From the NCBI GenBank assembly GCA_964016885.1, contig OZ024742.1, forward strand, positions 129,394,001 to 129,458,000: a DNA stretch of 64,000 bases, read 5' to 3'. A program made the translations under genes and the position numbers. This document shows positions 27,768 through 39,777 of the stretch, piece by piece. Each line of letters opens with the position of its first letter. Positions within the stretch are counted from its first letter, which is position 1. This DNA comes from Eledone cirrhosa. Taxonomy: Eukaryota. A model generated the notes under the pieces. The model saw nothing but the letters and a program-made list of their open reading frames with translations, was not told the origin of the DNA and did no database searches.

Positions 27768-27832
27768 ATTCTACAGGACTAGAACTGTTTCATTCATAAG
27801 AAATCATCAGGAATATACGTGTATATATATAT

Positions 27833-27864
<32 letters not shown>

Positions 27865-27974
27865 TTATATATAGATGAGATTCTACAGGACTAGAACTGT
27901 TTCATTCTTTAGAAATCATCAGGAATCATTCCTGATGATTTCTAAAGAATGAAACAGTTCTAGTCCTGTAGAAT
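27768..27974. ncRNA. three type I hammerheads: 27768-27814 (-), 27880-27926 (-), 27928-27974 (+)
   Basis: ATTC-CTGATGA-TTTCTAAAGAAT-GAAA-CAG-TTCTAGTC-CTG-TA|GAAT. The last two form a palindrome centred on 27927. Confidence 0.78.
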
Positions 27975-28215
27975 CTGATCTATATTAAAACGTTTATACT
28001 CTGCTATGTATTGAGTACCTTATTTACTGTGGTTACCTCCGATTCAACCCGGAATAACTTACCTATATATTTATATGTATATGATATATTAACAAATGGA
28101 AACTATATTTATAAAACCATATTTATTTCATTATACATAATTCAAGGACACCAAGTTAAATTATCGCATTCGCTAAGGGTATGTCAATATTTATTTATAA
28201 AAATTATCTCTATTA

Positions 28216-28280
28216 TATTTTATCTGATGAAAGCGCACCATAATTTAACTTGGTGTCCTTGAAATATGTATAATGAAATA
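28216..28280 (+). ncRNA. type I hammerhead ribozyme
   Basis: TATTTTAT-CTGATGA-AAG-C-GCACCA...TGGTGT-C-CTT-GAAA-TATGTA-TA|ATGAAATA. Confidence 0.72.
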
Positions 28281-28452
28281 AATATGGTTTTATAAATATA
28301 GTTTCCATTTGTTAATATATCGTATTTTTACTCCAATAATTTGTTGAGTGCTTTATATCAGTTATAAAAATATTTGCTTGTTGTATCCCAACAATTTAAA
28401 TAGAACTTCTACATATATTTATATGTATATATATTTATATATATATATATAT

Positions 28453-28522
<70 letters not shown>

Positions 28523-28567
28523 TTTAAATATTAATAAAATAAAATAGATGTTCTTGTGATCAATTAA

Positions 28568-28633
28568 ATTTTATTATACATATTTCAGAGGTACTTGAAT
28601 CAAATTCAATAGTACGTCCTCGTCAGATAAAAT
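28568..28633 (-). ncRNA. type I hammerhead ribozyme
   Basis: ATTTTAT-CTGACGA-GGA-C-GTAC..TTGAAT/ATTCAA-GTAC-C-TCT-GAAA-TATGTA-TA|ATAAAAT. Confidence 0.72.
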
Positions 28634-28704
28634 AAAATGATACATGACATACCTTGACATGTTAAATAGTTAAGATTTAATCAAGGTAGTACTAGAATAA
28701 CTTA

Positions 28705-28753
<49 letters not shown>

Positions 28754-28754
28754 G

Positions 28755-28798
<44 letters not shown>

Positions 28799-28799
<1 letters not shown>

Positions 28800-29300
28800 C
28801 ATCATCATCCTCATCATCATCATTTTACGTCTGCTCTTCCTTGCTTGCAAGGGTGGGACGGGTCTTATTCAGCGCAGCATCTCTCCACTCGGCACGGTCC
28901 TTCGTCATCTCCACCATGAGCTTCAACGATCTGAGGTCTGCTCTCACCACCTCCGCCCATGTTTTTCGTGGTCTACCTCTACCACGTCTTCCTTCAACTG
29001 GCATTTCCTGGCACTTCTTTACCCATCGGTCATCCTCCATGTGCATCACATGTCCATACCACCTCAGTCTCCTCTGCTGTACACTACATTCTATTCCTCT
29101 CAGACACAGTTTCTCTCTCAACACATTCATGCTGGGTCGTTCACGCACATTCACACTGCACATCCAACAGAGCATGCTTGCCTCATTTCTCTCCAGCCGT
29201 CGCATATCCTCTGCAGTTGCTGCCCATGCAGCATCGCGCTCCTCACACAGGCATCATACAACCGGCCTTTCGTACGCAGGGAGAAACCCTTCTTCGTCAG
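28799..29300 (-). mobile_element. RTE LINE 3' fragment
   Basis: RRLRWYGHVMHM...GRGRPRKTW and a (GAT)n tail. Confidence 0.92.
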
Positions 29301-29862
29301 CATAAATAATATGAAGATAAAGGCAGAGATATGCCATCAGTATATTGTGCCAGATTCTAACTTTAGTTGATGGCTGAATTAGGTTTAATCAGCGAAAGAA
29401 ATATTATTTTAAATGCTATTTTTTTTTATGTACGTTTTAGATTTTAAAAAAAACATTAATTTTCACTCCAAAATATTTGTAGTAAAAAGGAAATAATTGT
29501 TTCTACTTTAGGCACAAGGCCAGCAAATTACCCAGTACATTACTGGTACTTTATTTTATCGACCCCGTAAGGATGAAAGGCAAAGTTAACCTCAACGGGA
29601 TTTGAACTCAAACCGTAAAGGGACGTAACTATGCTAGAAAGCATGGCGTACAACCCTCTACTGATACTGCCAATTCACTGAAATAAGTAATAATTGTTTC
29701 TACTTTTGGCACAAGGCCAGCAAATTACCCAGTGCATTACTGGTACTTTATTTTATCGACCCCGTAAGGATGAAAGACAAAGTTAACCTCGACGCGATTT
29801 GAACTCAGATCATAAAGGGCCGTAATTCTTTGCTATAAAGCATGGCGTCCAACCCTCTACCC

Positions 29863-30024
29863 AGTATGTGTATATCTATGTGACTTTGTGTGTATGTGTG
29901 TGTTTATATATGTTTGTGTGTATGTCTGTGTGTCGTATGTGTATATGTGTATGTATGTGTGTGTATGTGTGTATGTGTGTATGTATGTGTATATGTATGT
30001 GTGTATGTGTGTATGTGTGTATGG

Positions 30025-30062
<38 letters not shown>

Positions 30063-30936
30063 AATTGTGTATATGTGTATGTATAAATTGTAAATATGTA
30101 TATATGTGTATGTGTGCATATATGTGTATGTGTATATCTATGTGACCATGTGTGTATGTCTGTGTGCGTATTTATGTGTGTATGTGTATGCATGTATGTG
30201 TATTTGTACATGTGTGTATGTGTGTATGCATGCATGTGTGTATGTGTGTGTGTATATGCACGTGTATGTGTGTATATGTGTGTAAATGTGTGTGTATGTG
30301 TGTGTACGTGTGTGTATATGTGTATATGAGGGTATGTGTGTATGTGTGTAAATGTGTGTGTATATGCATGTATGTGTGTATGTGTGTATGTGTGTATGTG
30401 TGTGTATGTGTGTATGTGTGTATGTACATGTGTGTGTATATCTATGTATGTGTGTGTGTATGTACATGTGTGTGTATATCTATGTATGTGTGTATGTGTG
30501 TGTATGTGTGTGTATGTGTGTATGTGCATGTGTGTGTATATCTATGTGTGTGTGTGTATGTGTGTATGTGTGTATGTGTGTATGTGCATGTGTGTATATC
30601 TATGTGTGTGTGTATGTGCATGTGTGTGTATGTGTATGTGTGTATGTGTGTATGTGTGTATGTGTGTGTATATCTATGTGTGTAGGTGTAAATATTTCTG
30701 TATAAGTTGAAAGCAAAAGAAACAACAGTATTTTGGAGAATAAATTAGTTTTTACAACTATGGGAGGGGGGGGGGGGGCACTACTGTTGTGGTTGTTGTT
30801 GTGATGGTTGCTGTTGTTGTTGTTGTGATTGTTACTGTTGTTGTTGTGTTGTTGTGATGGTTGCTGTTGTTGTTGTTGTTGTGATGGTTGCTGTTGTGAT
30901 TGTTACTGTTGTTGTTTTTGTTGTTGTGATGGTTGA

Positions 30937-30969
<33 letters not shown>

Positions 30970-31320
30970 GATTGTTACTGTTGTTGTTGTTGCTGTTGTT
31001 GTTGTGATTGTTGTTGTTGTTGTTGTTGTGATTGTTGTTGTTGTTGTGATGGTTGTTGTTGTTGTTGCTGTGGCTATTACTGTTGTTGTTATTGTTGTTG
31101 TTGTTGTTGTGAGTGTTACTGTTGTTGTTGTTGTTGTTGTTGTGATTGTTGTTGTTGTTGTTATTGTTGTTGCTGTTGTTGTGATTGTTGTTGTTGTGAT
31201 GGTTGTTGTTGTTGTCGTTGTGGCTATTACTGTTGTTGTTATTGTTGTTGTTTTTGTTGTTTTTTGTTGTTGTTGTTGTGATTGTTACTGTTGTTGTTGT
31301 GACTGTTGTTGTGCTGTTTT
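29863..31320. repeat. (GT/GTAT)n then (GTT)n microsatellite fields
   Basis: Direct reading. Confidence 0.95.
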
Positions 31321-31957
31321 CTACTATTGTTATTGGTTTCAAGTTTCTACAGGGTGTTGTCAGTTATGTTCAAGTTTAACTTACATTCTTCCAATGGTCA
31401 TTAAAATTAGTAGAAGTCAACAAAGTTAATGAAATCAATATATCTGATTCTCAGATGGTGAAGTAGCAGATTCATTAGAACATCAGATAGAATGCTTTGC
31501 AGTATTTGTTTTAGCTCTCTACTCTCTGAGTTCAAATCTAGCTGAGGTCAATTTTGCCTTTCATTCATTCAAGTTCGATAAAAAAAGTACCAGTTTAGTA
31601 CTGGTATTTTATGTTGATTTTTGACACATGAAAGTGATTTAACCCTTTAGCATTTACATTATTCTATATTTCCTATCGTATTTTCACAGTAAAGGCTTTA
31701 TCTTACATAATTATCTCACATAATATCGAATCAATGTATTGGGAAAAACCAACAAAAAACAATTATCCTCCATCGAGTATTTCTTAGATATATATTCCAG
31801 CACACAAGATTGCTTAACAATTAGAAAACATTATGAAACAATATATATATATATATATGTTAGGTAATTCCAAAGGAAAAGCAAAGGAAAAAAGAGTGCT
31901 CTATGTATAGAACAGAGCTATTTAATTATAAAGTGAACAACACAAAATATAACTACT

Positions 31958-32021
31958 CCATTACCAAAGGTTTCTGGATCACAGACGATAATAATATACG
32001 TCTGGATCGTTCGTCAGACGA
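31958..32021 (-). ncRNA. type I hammerhead-like motif, imperfect stem II base
   Basis: TCGT-CTGACGA-AC-GATC-CAGACG...CGTCTG-T-GATC-CA-GAAA-CC-TTT-GG-TA|ATGG. Confidence 0.55.
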
Positions 32022-32040
32022 TTCAGACGTATATTATTAT

Positions 32041-32388
32041 GGAGGCACATGGCTTAGTGGTTAGAGCATTGGCCTTGCAATCGAAAGGTTGTGAGTTCAA
32101 TTCTCAGACCGGGTGATGTGTTGTTTCCTTGAGCAAGACACTTTATTTCACATTGCGCCAGTTCACTCAGCTGTAGAAATGAGATGATAGGGACTGGGGT
32201 CCCTATCATTCCACTGCAAAGTGGTCGTGGAGGTGCCACGGCAAAAAAGCCCCCAGCACTCACTGTAAATGAGGTTGGTGTTAGGAAGGGCATCCAGCTG
32301 TAGAAATCAAAGCCAGAATCAGTTCCCGTCCCACCCTTGCAAGCAGGGAAAAGTGGACGTAAAATGAGGATGATGATGATGATGATGA
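32041..32388 (+). mobile_element. tRNA-derived SINE family B with RTE-like 3' tail
   Basis: tRNA head (TGGCTTAGTGG, GAGTTCAATTC), central CCTTGAGCAAGACACTTTA block, and a 3' end CCCACCCTTGCAAGCAGGGAAAAG...(GAT)n shared with the RTE at 33630-33690. Related copies at about 50055-50356 and 57336-57695 (-). Confidence 0.88.
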
Positions 32389-32558
32389 TTATTATCGTCT
32401 GTGATCCAGAAACCTTTGGTAATGGAGTAGTTATATTTTGTGTTGTTCACTATATAATTATATATATATATATATGTAAAAGGTAAACAGAATATATATA
32501 ATTCGTTTTTAAATTTGTTTTGCAAGATTGCTTATCTGAAAACGTGTGTTGAAACAGG

Positions 32559-33017
32559 TATTGTTATACTTTGGGAGGGTCATGTTGCCAATAAAAACAC
32601 ATGCACCTGTTGGTTTTCACTTCAATATTATAAATTTCCGGCTGGTTGGTTAGTTCGATAACCGGAATGTTGTTTATATATTGTCAAAGCTCTTTTGTCA
32701 CACATTCTGTGACCTCTTCAGTGACTAGGTTTTTATTTTGTATGTCATTCCTTTGTTCTGTCCTACACCATTTTGTCTTTGTCACAAAAATAAAACAGTG
32801 TAGGACAGAACAAAGGAGAGATGCACAAAATAAAAACCTAGTCACTGAGGAGGTCACAGAATGTGTGACGAAAGAGCTTTGACAATATATAAACAACCTT
32901 CCAGTTATCGAACCAACCAACCAACCAACCAACTGGAAATTTATAATAAATTGAAATGAAAACCAACAGGTGCATGTGTTTTTATTGGCAACATGACCCT
33001 CCCAAAGTATAACAATA
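32559..33017. repeat. ~460-bp palindrome carrying a hammerhead motif in each arm
   Basis: Arms meet near 32783. HHR 32841-32883 (+) is GTCA-CTGAGGA-G-GTCACA-GAATG-TGTGAC-GAAA-GAGC-TT|TGAC. Its mirror at 32683-32725 (-) has AAAA for GAAA. Confidence 0.85.
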
Positions 33018-33107
33018 TAGAATATATACATATACATATGTAAATGTTAAACAGAATATATATATATATATTAAACGATGATGATGATGATGATATATAT
33101 ATATATA

Positions 33108-33690
33108 GTTCCGAGGCCATAATATCTAGAATAAGGACAGGTTGGAAGAAGTTTAAGGAGCTGCTTCCTCTGCTAACAAAGAAGAGTTTCGCCCTGCGTA
33201 TGAAAGGCTGGTTGTATGATGCCTGTGTGAGGAGCGCGATACTGCATGGTAGTGAGACTTGGGCAGCAACTGCAGAAGATATGCGACGGCTGGAGAGAAA
33301 TGATGCAAGCATGCTCCGTTGGATGTGCAATGTCAATGTGCGTGAACGACCCAGCATGGATGTGTTGAGAGAGAAACTGTGTCTGAGAGGGATAGAATGT
33401 AATGTGCAAGAGAGGAGACTGCGGTGGTATGGACATGTAATGCGCATGGAGGATGACCGATGGGTGAAGAAGTGCCAGGAAATGCCAGTTGAAGGAAGAC
33501 GTGGTAGAGGTAGACCACGAAAAACATGGGCGGAGATGGTGAGAACAGACCTCAGATCGCTGAAGCTCACGGTGGAGATGACGAAGGACCATGACAAGTG
33601 GAGAGATGCTGTGCTGAATAAGACCCGTCCCACCCTTGCAAGCAGGGAAAAGCGGACGTAAAATGATGATGATGATGATGATGATGATGA
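33108..33690 (+). mobile_element. RTE LINE 3' fragment, open frame to the natural stop
   Basis: ILHGSETWA...RLRWYGHVMRM...GRPRKTW, stop at 33661, then a (GAT)n tail. Confidence 0.93.
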
Positions 33691-34070
33691 TTGATGACTC
33701 CCGGTTCATATATAGATATAGATATATATATATATATATATAGATATAGATATAGACACATATATATATACATACATATATATCATCATCATCATCATCA
33801 TCTTTGTTTAACGTCCATTTTCCATGCTAGCAATATATATATATAATAAAATGTTACAGTATCGTGAGAGAGAATAAAGAGAAGAAGCATTATAGAAAGA
33901 GACGATACAGATAATTAATTGCCATAAGCAGGTGTATTCATGTTCGATGCTTGTGCAAACAGGGTTAAATATTAGAAGCGTTAATATTTAGTGTGCGAAT
34001 TTAAACAGAGCAATTATAATCAAAGAAATTGATGAAAGAGAAGCAAGCCGTTAAAATATATTTATAAGAA

Positions 34071-34111
34071 GCTCTTACACATGTTACGCCCAAGTTGGGC
34101 TCCTCAGAGGA
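34071..34111 (-). ncRNA. degenerate hammerhead next to the Penelope-like RT
   Basis: CCT-CTGAGGA-GCCCAA-C-TTGGGC-GTAA-CATGTG-TA|AGAG. GAAA is changed to GTAA and stem I is weak. Confidence 0.5.
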
Positions 34112-35100
34112 TTCTATTGGAGTTTACCTAATGCATAACCTCCATATTGAATTTGATGACCTACAAGGAGGAATATATAGAGATGATGCTCTTCTATTAG
34201 TTAAGAATTTTAATGGTCAAAAGTTAGAAAGAAGATAAAAGGCGATAAGATCCTTCTTCAAATTTATGAGCCTGAAAATAATATTTGAACATAACTATAA
34301 GCTAGCAAGTTTCCTAGATGTTACCTTCAACTCAACTCTAATCTGTTTGAACCTTACCATAAAATTAATGAAAATCTAACATATATTAGCTGATAATCCA
34401 ATCACCCTAATTCCATAATAAATTCAGTCACCTAGTGTGTATCCCTTAGGATCTCCGGACTTTCAAGCTCCATAGAGCATTTAATGCACATGCAGATTAC
34501 TACAATGCAGCTCCACGGAAGGCTCGTTATGAGGAAGGAATAGATTTTATTCCTAATATTAACCGTTTCTACTTTTGGCACAAGGCCAACAAATACCCAG
34601 TGCACAAATACCCAGGTACTTTATTTTATCGACCCTGTAAGGATGAAAGGCAAAGTTAACCTTGGCAGGATTTGAACTCAGAATGGCAAAGACCGTAACT
34701 CTACGCGTCAAAGCATGCTGTCCGACCCTCTACCGATGCTGCCAATCCACCGCCCTTAATATTCCTAATATTAATGACATTCAACAACATCATTACCAAT
34801 TTCCGAAACACCCTGGAACAAGGACAAATACACGACAAACACACCATCGTAAATTGGGTAGAAACGTTTATCCTGTGACCTACAATTCAGAAAATATACT
34901 GGGTGAAACAACAGATGATCTAAAAAAAAAATCTGGCTGATAAAATGCCTGGATGATCCTGAAGCAGATCATACCTATGCTATAATCCTCTACACAACAA
35001 CTTAGTTAAAACTAAATTACCCTATATATTCTTCAAAATAAATCGATAAGAACTTTCTGCCATCAAATAGATACCACAAAATTTTAAACTGTGACATCAT
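34112..35100 (+). mobile_element. Penelope-like element RT relic, interrupted by SINE A
   Basis: Hand translation gives GIYRDDALLLV...FLDVTFN...PYHK...YI..SNHP...LRISGLSSS and, downstream, YNP..NLVKTKL...IDKNF..SNRYHKI, with stops and frameshifts. The SINE has TSD TATTCCTAATATTAA. Confidence 0.8.
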
Positions 35101-37519
35101 TAGTGATGTTTCTCTGTTTCCTCCCATTGTGTTACTGATGTCACAGATGTGTGTGATGAAAGAATTCTGAGAAACTATATCTATATTTTCAACTGTTGCT
35201 CAATCAATGATAAACATTGATTGCCAGCTAAATTATTTATAGAAATATAAAAATGACACATGCATGCTCTGTTAGATGTGTAATAGTAATATACGTGAAC
35301 GGCAAAGCATAAATGAACTAAGTGAGAAATTAGGAATAAGAGGGATCAGATGCTGTTTACTTGAGAGAAGACTACGTTGGTATGGTCACGTGATCCGCAT
35401 GAAAGATGACAGTTGGATAAAAAGTGCAGGGCGATCAAAATTGATGGTAGTTACAGAGTAGGAAGACCCAGAAAAACCTGGGATGATTTGATAAATTCCG
35501 ACCTTATACACTTACACTTCTCTAAGACAATGTCACTGGACCGAGATCTTTTGTGGTATGCAGTAATACAGAAGACCCGCCTTGCCTATGTACAAAGCGA
35601 AACCTAGTCAGTAGGCACCTCTTAACCAAATATACACTCCAATCCACTACCCCTACCCTATCCTTCCACTCCCACCAATACCACCCTCTCTCTGTAAAGT
35701 TGGTACCACAACATCCAGCCCAAATAAATGAGATAATGAGATCGAGATCGAGATCGTGTAGGTGTCACGACAAAAAAAAATACCCAGTCCACGCTGTAAT
35801 GTGGTTGTGTAGGTAACACGGTAAAAAGTTCCCAGTTCCACACTGTAAATCTGGTTGGTGTTAGGAAGGGCATCCAGCCGTAGAAAACCTGCCAGATAGT
35901 CCTATATGAGCGAGACACAGTCACCCGACCAACCTTGCTTCAAATGGGACAACTCCCGTCTAACCCATGCTAGCGTGGAAGATAGACGTTAAACGAAGAT
36001 GATGATGATGATACTGAAGCGAAAACCAAACCAAACAATGATTGTGTTTTACTATATTTTTCTGTAAATATAATATACCAATATCTGTTTCAACACATGA
36101 TTTCATATAAAAAACCTTGCAAAACAAATACATCGCTGCCAACTACACAACTGCTTATTTCAAAATTTTCATACTTATATTAGAACCTTCCATCATAATT
36201 TTATTTAAGAACTTTTTCTTAAATAATTATTTCTACTTTTGGCACAAGGCCAGCAATTACTTAGTTCATTACTGATACTTTATTTTATCAACCCCGTAAG
36301 GATAAAAAGCAAAGTTAACCTCGGTGGGATTTGAACTCAGATCGTAAAGAGACGTAACTTTTTTTTTAAATAATGTTTGAAACATCAGCTTACTAATGAA
36401 GTCATTAGTTATTTCATTAAATTCTTCAAATTTTCAAAATGAATTAATACATACTCATTAGAAATGCAATGGGTTAATTCTTAATGTAATGCAGTCAGTA
36501 GCATAGCTTGACCGTGTGTTGCCTGGAGCAACCCTTGAATATGCCATCCCCAAATACAACATATTGCACAGTGACTCCTTCTTAAAGTTATAATATATAT
36601 ATATATGTATATATTATATTATATTATAGTATATATGTAATATATTATATAGAGAGAGTCTGCAATGCTGAGACTGGAGAGACCAAATCATGGTAGTACT
36701 CAATACATGGGGAGATGCAATCATAGTGCTGTTTTGTACTTTTCAAGAATGTCTTGCTTATGTGGTTTCATGTGGTACAGGACCTTACGGTTTAAGCAGT
36801 CGTTTCTCTATAATAAAACATATAATGTATTCCTTTTTGTTTGTTTGTTTCTTTATTTAGGTGAATTCTGAATGACTACTCTAGCAATAAGGTGCTACAG
36901 TATCTAATATATCTTTCATGTATTGATTTACGTCAAGAGGATATATGGCATAAGCAATAAAATCAATCAGATCTGATGTGGTTTCAGGCTTATATGAGCT
37001 TCCTGCTTAGAATCTTGTATCGCAAATATTCACTGAAAGCTTCTCCTTTGGAAGCTATTTCGAGAAAATCTTTATACAGTATCCAGAAAATTCCTGGTGC
37101 AGTTACCCCTCCCCCATTATTTATAATCAATTGATTGATCAATCAAAACTTTTAGAGCCCTTTTTCCTTACAAAAGCAGGAGTTATGGTCCCATGAGAGT
37201 CGTCTCTAGTTATAGTCATCATTGTTCCCTTTTTGAGGCATTGTTTTACTGCTGAATGTAAAGTAATAGTGTTGGTTCTACAAACTAATACACTCTGTAG
37301 ACCCTATAAAGTGTTAGTGTTGGTGCCACAATAAAAGGCACTCAGTGACTAAGTGTTTAGAGTGTTGAAGTTACGATCAATGTCATGGGTTTGATTCCTG
37401 GAAGGGTTGTGTATGTCTTTGAGCAAAACACTTCGTTTTCCAGGAGATCAATATTCATTGGACAATTTCTCTTCAGTACAGTATTTCACCGGTTGTTTCA
37501 GTTCCTTGTCATCGGTTTT

Positions 37520-38468
37520 TATGAAGTTTAGTGTGGTCGACGAAGTTCTCTGACAGCCAGGCTTGGGTCTTTCGGCTGGTATGGCAGGGTGCTGAGTCTT
37601 GCTGCCACACGTACGGCCTACCTGCAGCTACCTGGTCGATCCAGGGCTTTACTACCTCGCTCAGAATGCGGATGTAGCCATCGGTGTTCAGCTTGAGGCC
37701 CTCAGGGAAGAAGTGAGGTGGCATGACATCACCTTGACTGCTGACGACACCTAAGACCAATGTTGTCGCTGGAAACTTTGTCTGCATGACTCTTTGGATG
37801 AGACAGCGAGCCACCTGTTGTTCTGGGAGTTGATCTTCTGGTCTTAGCAGAAGTTTTTCTCGTCGGAGAAAAACCATAGCATGTCTGGCTCCAGTGGGTG
37901 TTTCAATTTGTTGATCAGCTTCTTTGCGTGCTTCAGTCGCTTTTCTTGCATTGCCTTTGACAGAAATTGTCCTTTCCTCATCTTGTATGAAACGTAGCGA
38001 ATGTCTTCATGTACCACCAGCCTAATGAGCTTTTCATCCACGACTTTCTCCCTTGCAATGGCACGCATCGACTTGCTAGGTTCATTGTTGATGATATCCT
38101 GAACTTCAGCGACGAACTCGGGCGTTCTGTAGGCGTCAGATCGTCGATCATGTCTTTTCCTCTCTGATGTTGCTTCATAGTCGAATCCTGAATCTTCCAA
38201 TTCCTTTCTGACCTTTTCCACCATTCTCCTGCTGACACTGAGAAAGTCTGAAATTTCCTTATTTGTCCTCTCGGCGCGGATTCCAAGAAGAACTCTGTGT
38301 CTCTTCCACAAATTTGGAGGTTCAAAATTATTCATAATCAATTATTCTGAAAATAAATAATCGAAATATAGTCACTGTTTTTATGAAGACAAGAGTGACA
38401 ACGGAAGTAAAAAAAATTTGCATAAAATTAGCAGTTGAAAATTGCGAACAAATATCGTCCACACCCTG
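37520..38468 (-). mobile_element. Tc1/mariner-superfamily transposon (maT/rosa-like), frameshifted and 3'-truncated
   Basis: HTH region, WFFSDEKNF and VWQQDSAPCH, with a frameshift near 37850. TIR-like CAGGGTGT starts at 38468. The third catalytic residue and the second TIR are absent. Confidence 0.88.
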
Positions 38469-39777
38469 CAGAATGCAAAGATATTTGAGAAACTATGGCA
38501 TAGCTTTTAGATGTATCATGTAGATTTTAAATATTGGAAAAGTTTATATATGTAACTTACAGATATAACTTACTTCATATAATATAAAGGTATCGTATCT
38601 TAGTATTTGTAAAAAAATATAGATATCTCTTACTGATATAGTATGTTAATATAAAATATGCTATGATATTATAAACTCAGTAAAATCAAAGAAAATACCA
38701 TATAATTATTGATTGTATAGTTCTTTGATAGTTTCGCTGATTATTTTTCAGTTGATGCCAAGTTATGTTAATGAATCAACAGTATGGACATTTTAAGCAC
38801 ATTGGTTACTTATAGAAATTTGTGTTGTCCAATTTCTTTATCTTTCATCAGAAGCCAGGAACCAAATCAAAACCAAGGTAGTCTCTTGATGCAGCAAGTC
38901 AAGTGAGACATTATTTACAGTTCTTGATGGCTATGATTTCCCAATGAAGTCTTCACTTCAAACATAACAGAACACAACTAAAAATAGATTCATATTTCCT
39001 TTTAAAAAGTAGATAGTAGTCTATGAATTTTATTTCTTCTGTCAGGTAATGTCAGCCGGAAAACGGAAAGTTGAGCTCACGCTTTTTAGTAAGGAGATAA
39101 AAAAAAAAAGAAGTAAAATGACAGATCTATGAAGCTGATCTTATGTATGAAGACATCTATGTTATTGAAGTATGGGCCTTATGGGAATCAAAGAGCCCAT
39201 GTGATTAATTTTATTGTAAAGATGATAACAGCTATTCCATTGCAGTTAGACTACAAACCTGAACTCAACTACTTCTTCAACTAAAAATAAATCTTTTTCT
39301 TATCAAGTTTCGTCTGCATTGTCAAGTAAAATCAAATCCTAGGGTTGGTGATAGTTCCATGTAAATAAAATAAAGATAAAAACATTCTTGCTATCCTATT
39401 TTGGTTATGTTTCTATCCTGAGTTATTTTTGTTTCAGTTAAACGAAAGCAAAAAAGAAACTCTTTGTTTTACCTGAATCTCATTAAATATATAAGTTCAC
39501 ACCACCTCCCAACATTGATCTCATTAACTTTTTCAGCATTTCAATTTTCTGATTGAATCAACAGCAGGAAATTTGTAAGTAAAGAGTAATACTTATTTTA
39601 TTGATTTAGAGGGAGGTAGTATTTTTTTAAAATTGAACTTGACAGAAATTTGAGTTCAGAATAAAAAGTTGTAAAACAGATTACCAATAGAAAGAAGTCT
39701 AATGGTTTACTGGTTTTGTTAAATCTCTCCCTAAACTAAATAAATTGCATCAAATATTAAAATATTTCAGAATATAA

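Noticed and set aside
32041-32115. tRNA-like sequence
   Set aside because: It is the head of a SINE continuing into core and LINE tail, with no proper cloverleaf end.
36965-37012. GAAACCACATC with an upstream hairpin on the minus strand
   Set aside because: The CUGANGA core is absent.
38825-38856. CTGATGA...GAAA on the minus strand
   Set aside because: No stem II, stem III or stem I pairing, so a chance match.
38700-39480. possible small host exons (AG...GT bounded)
   Set aside because: No sustained frame or recognisable protein. Transcript data would be needed.
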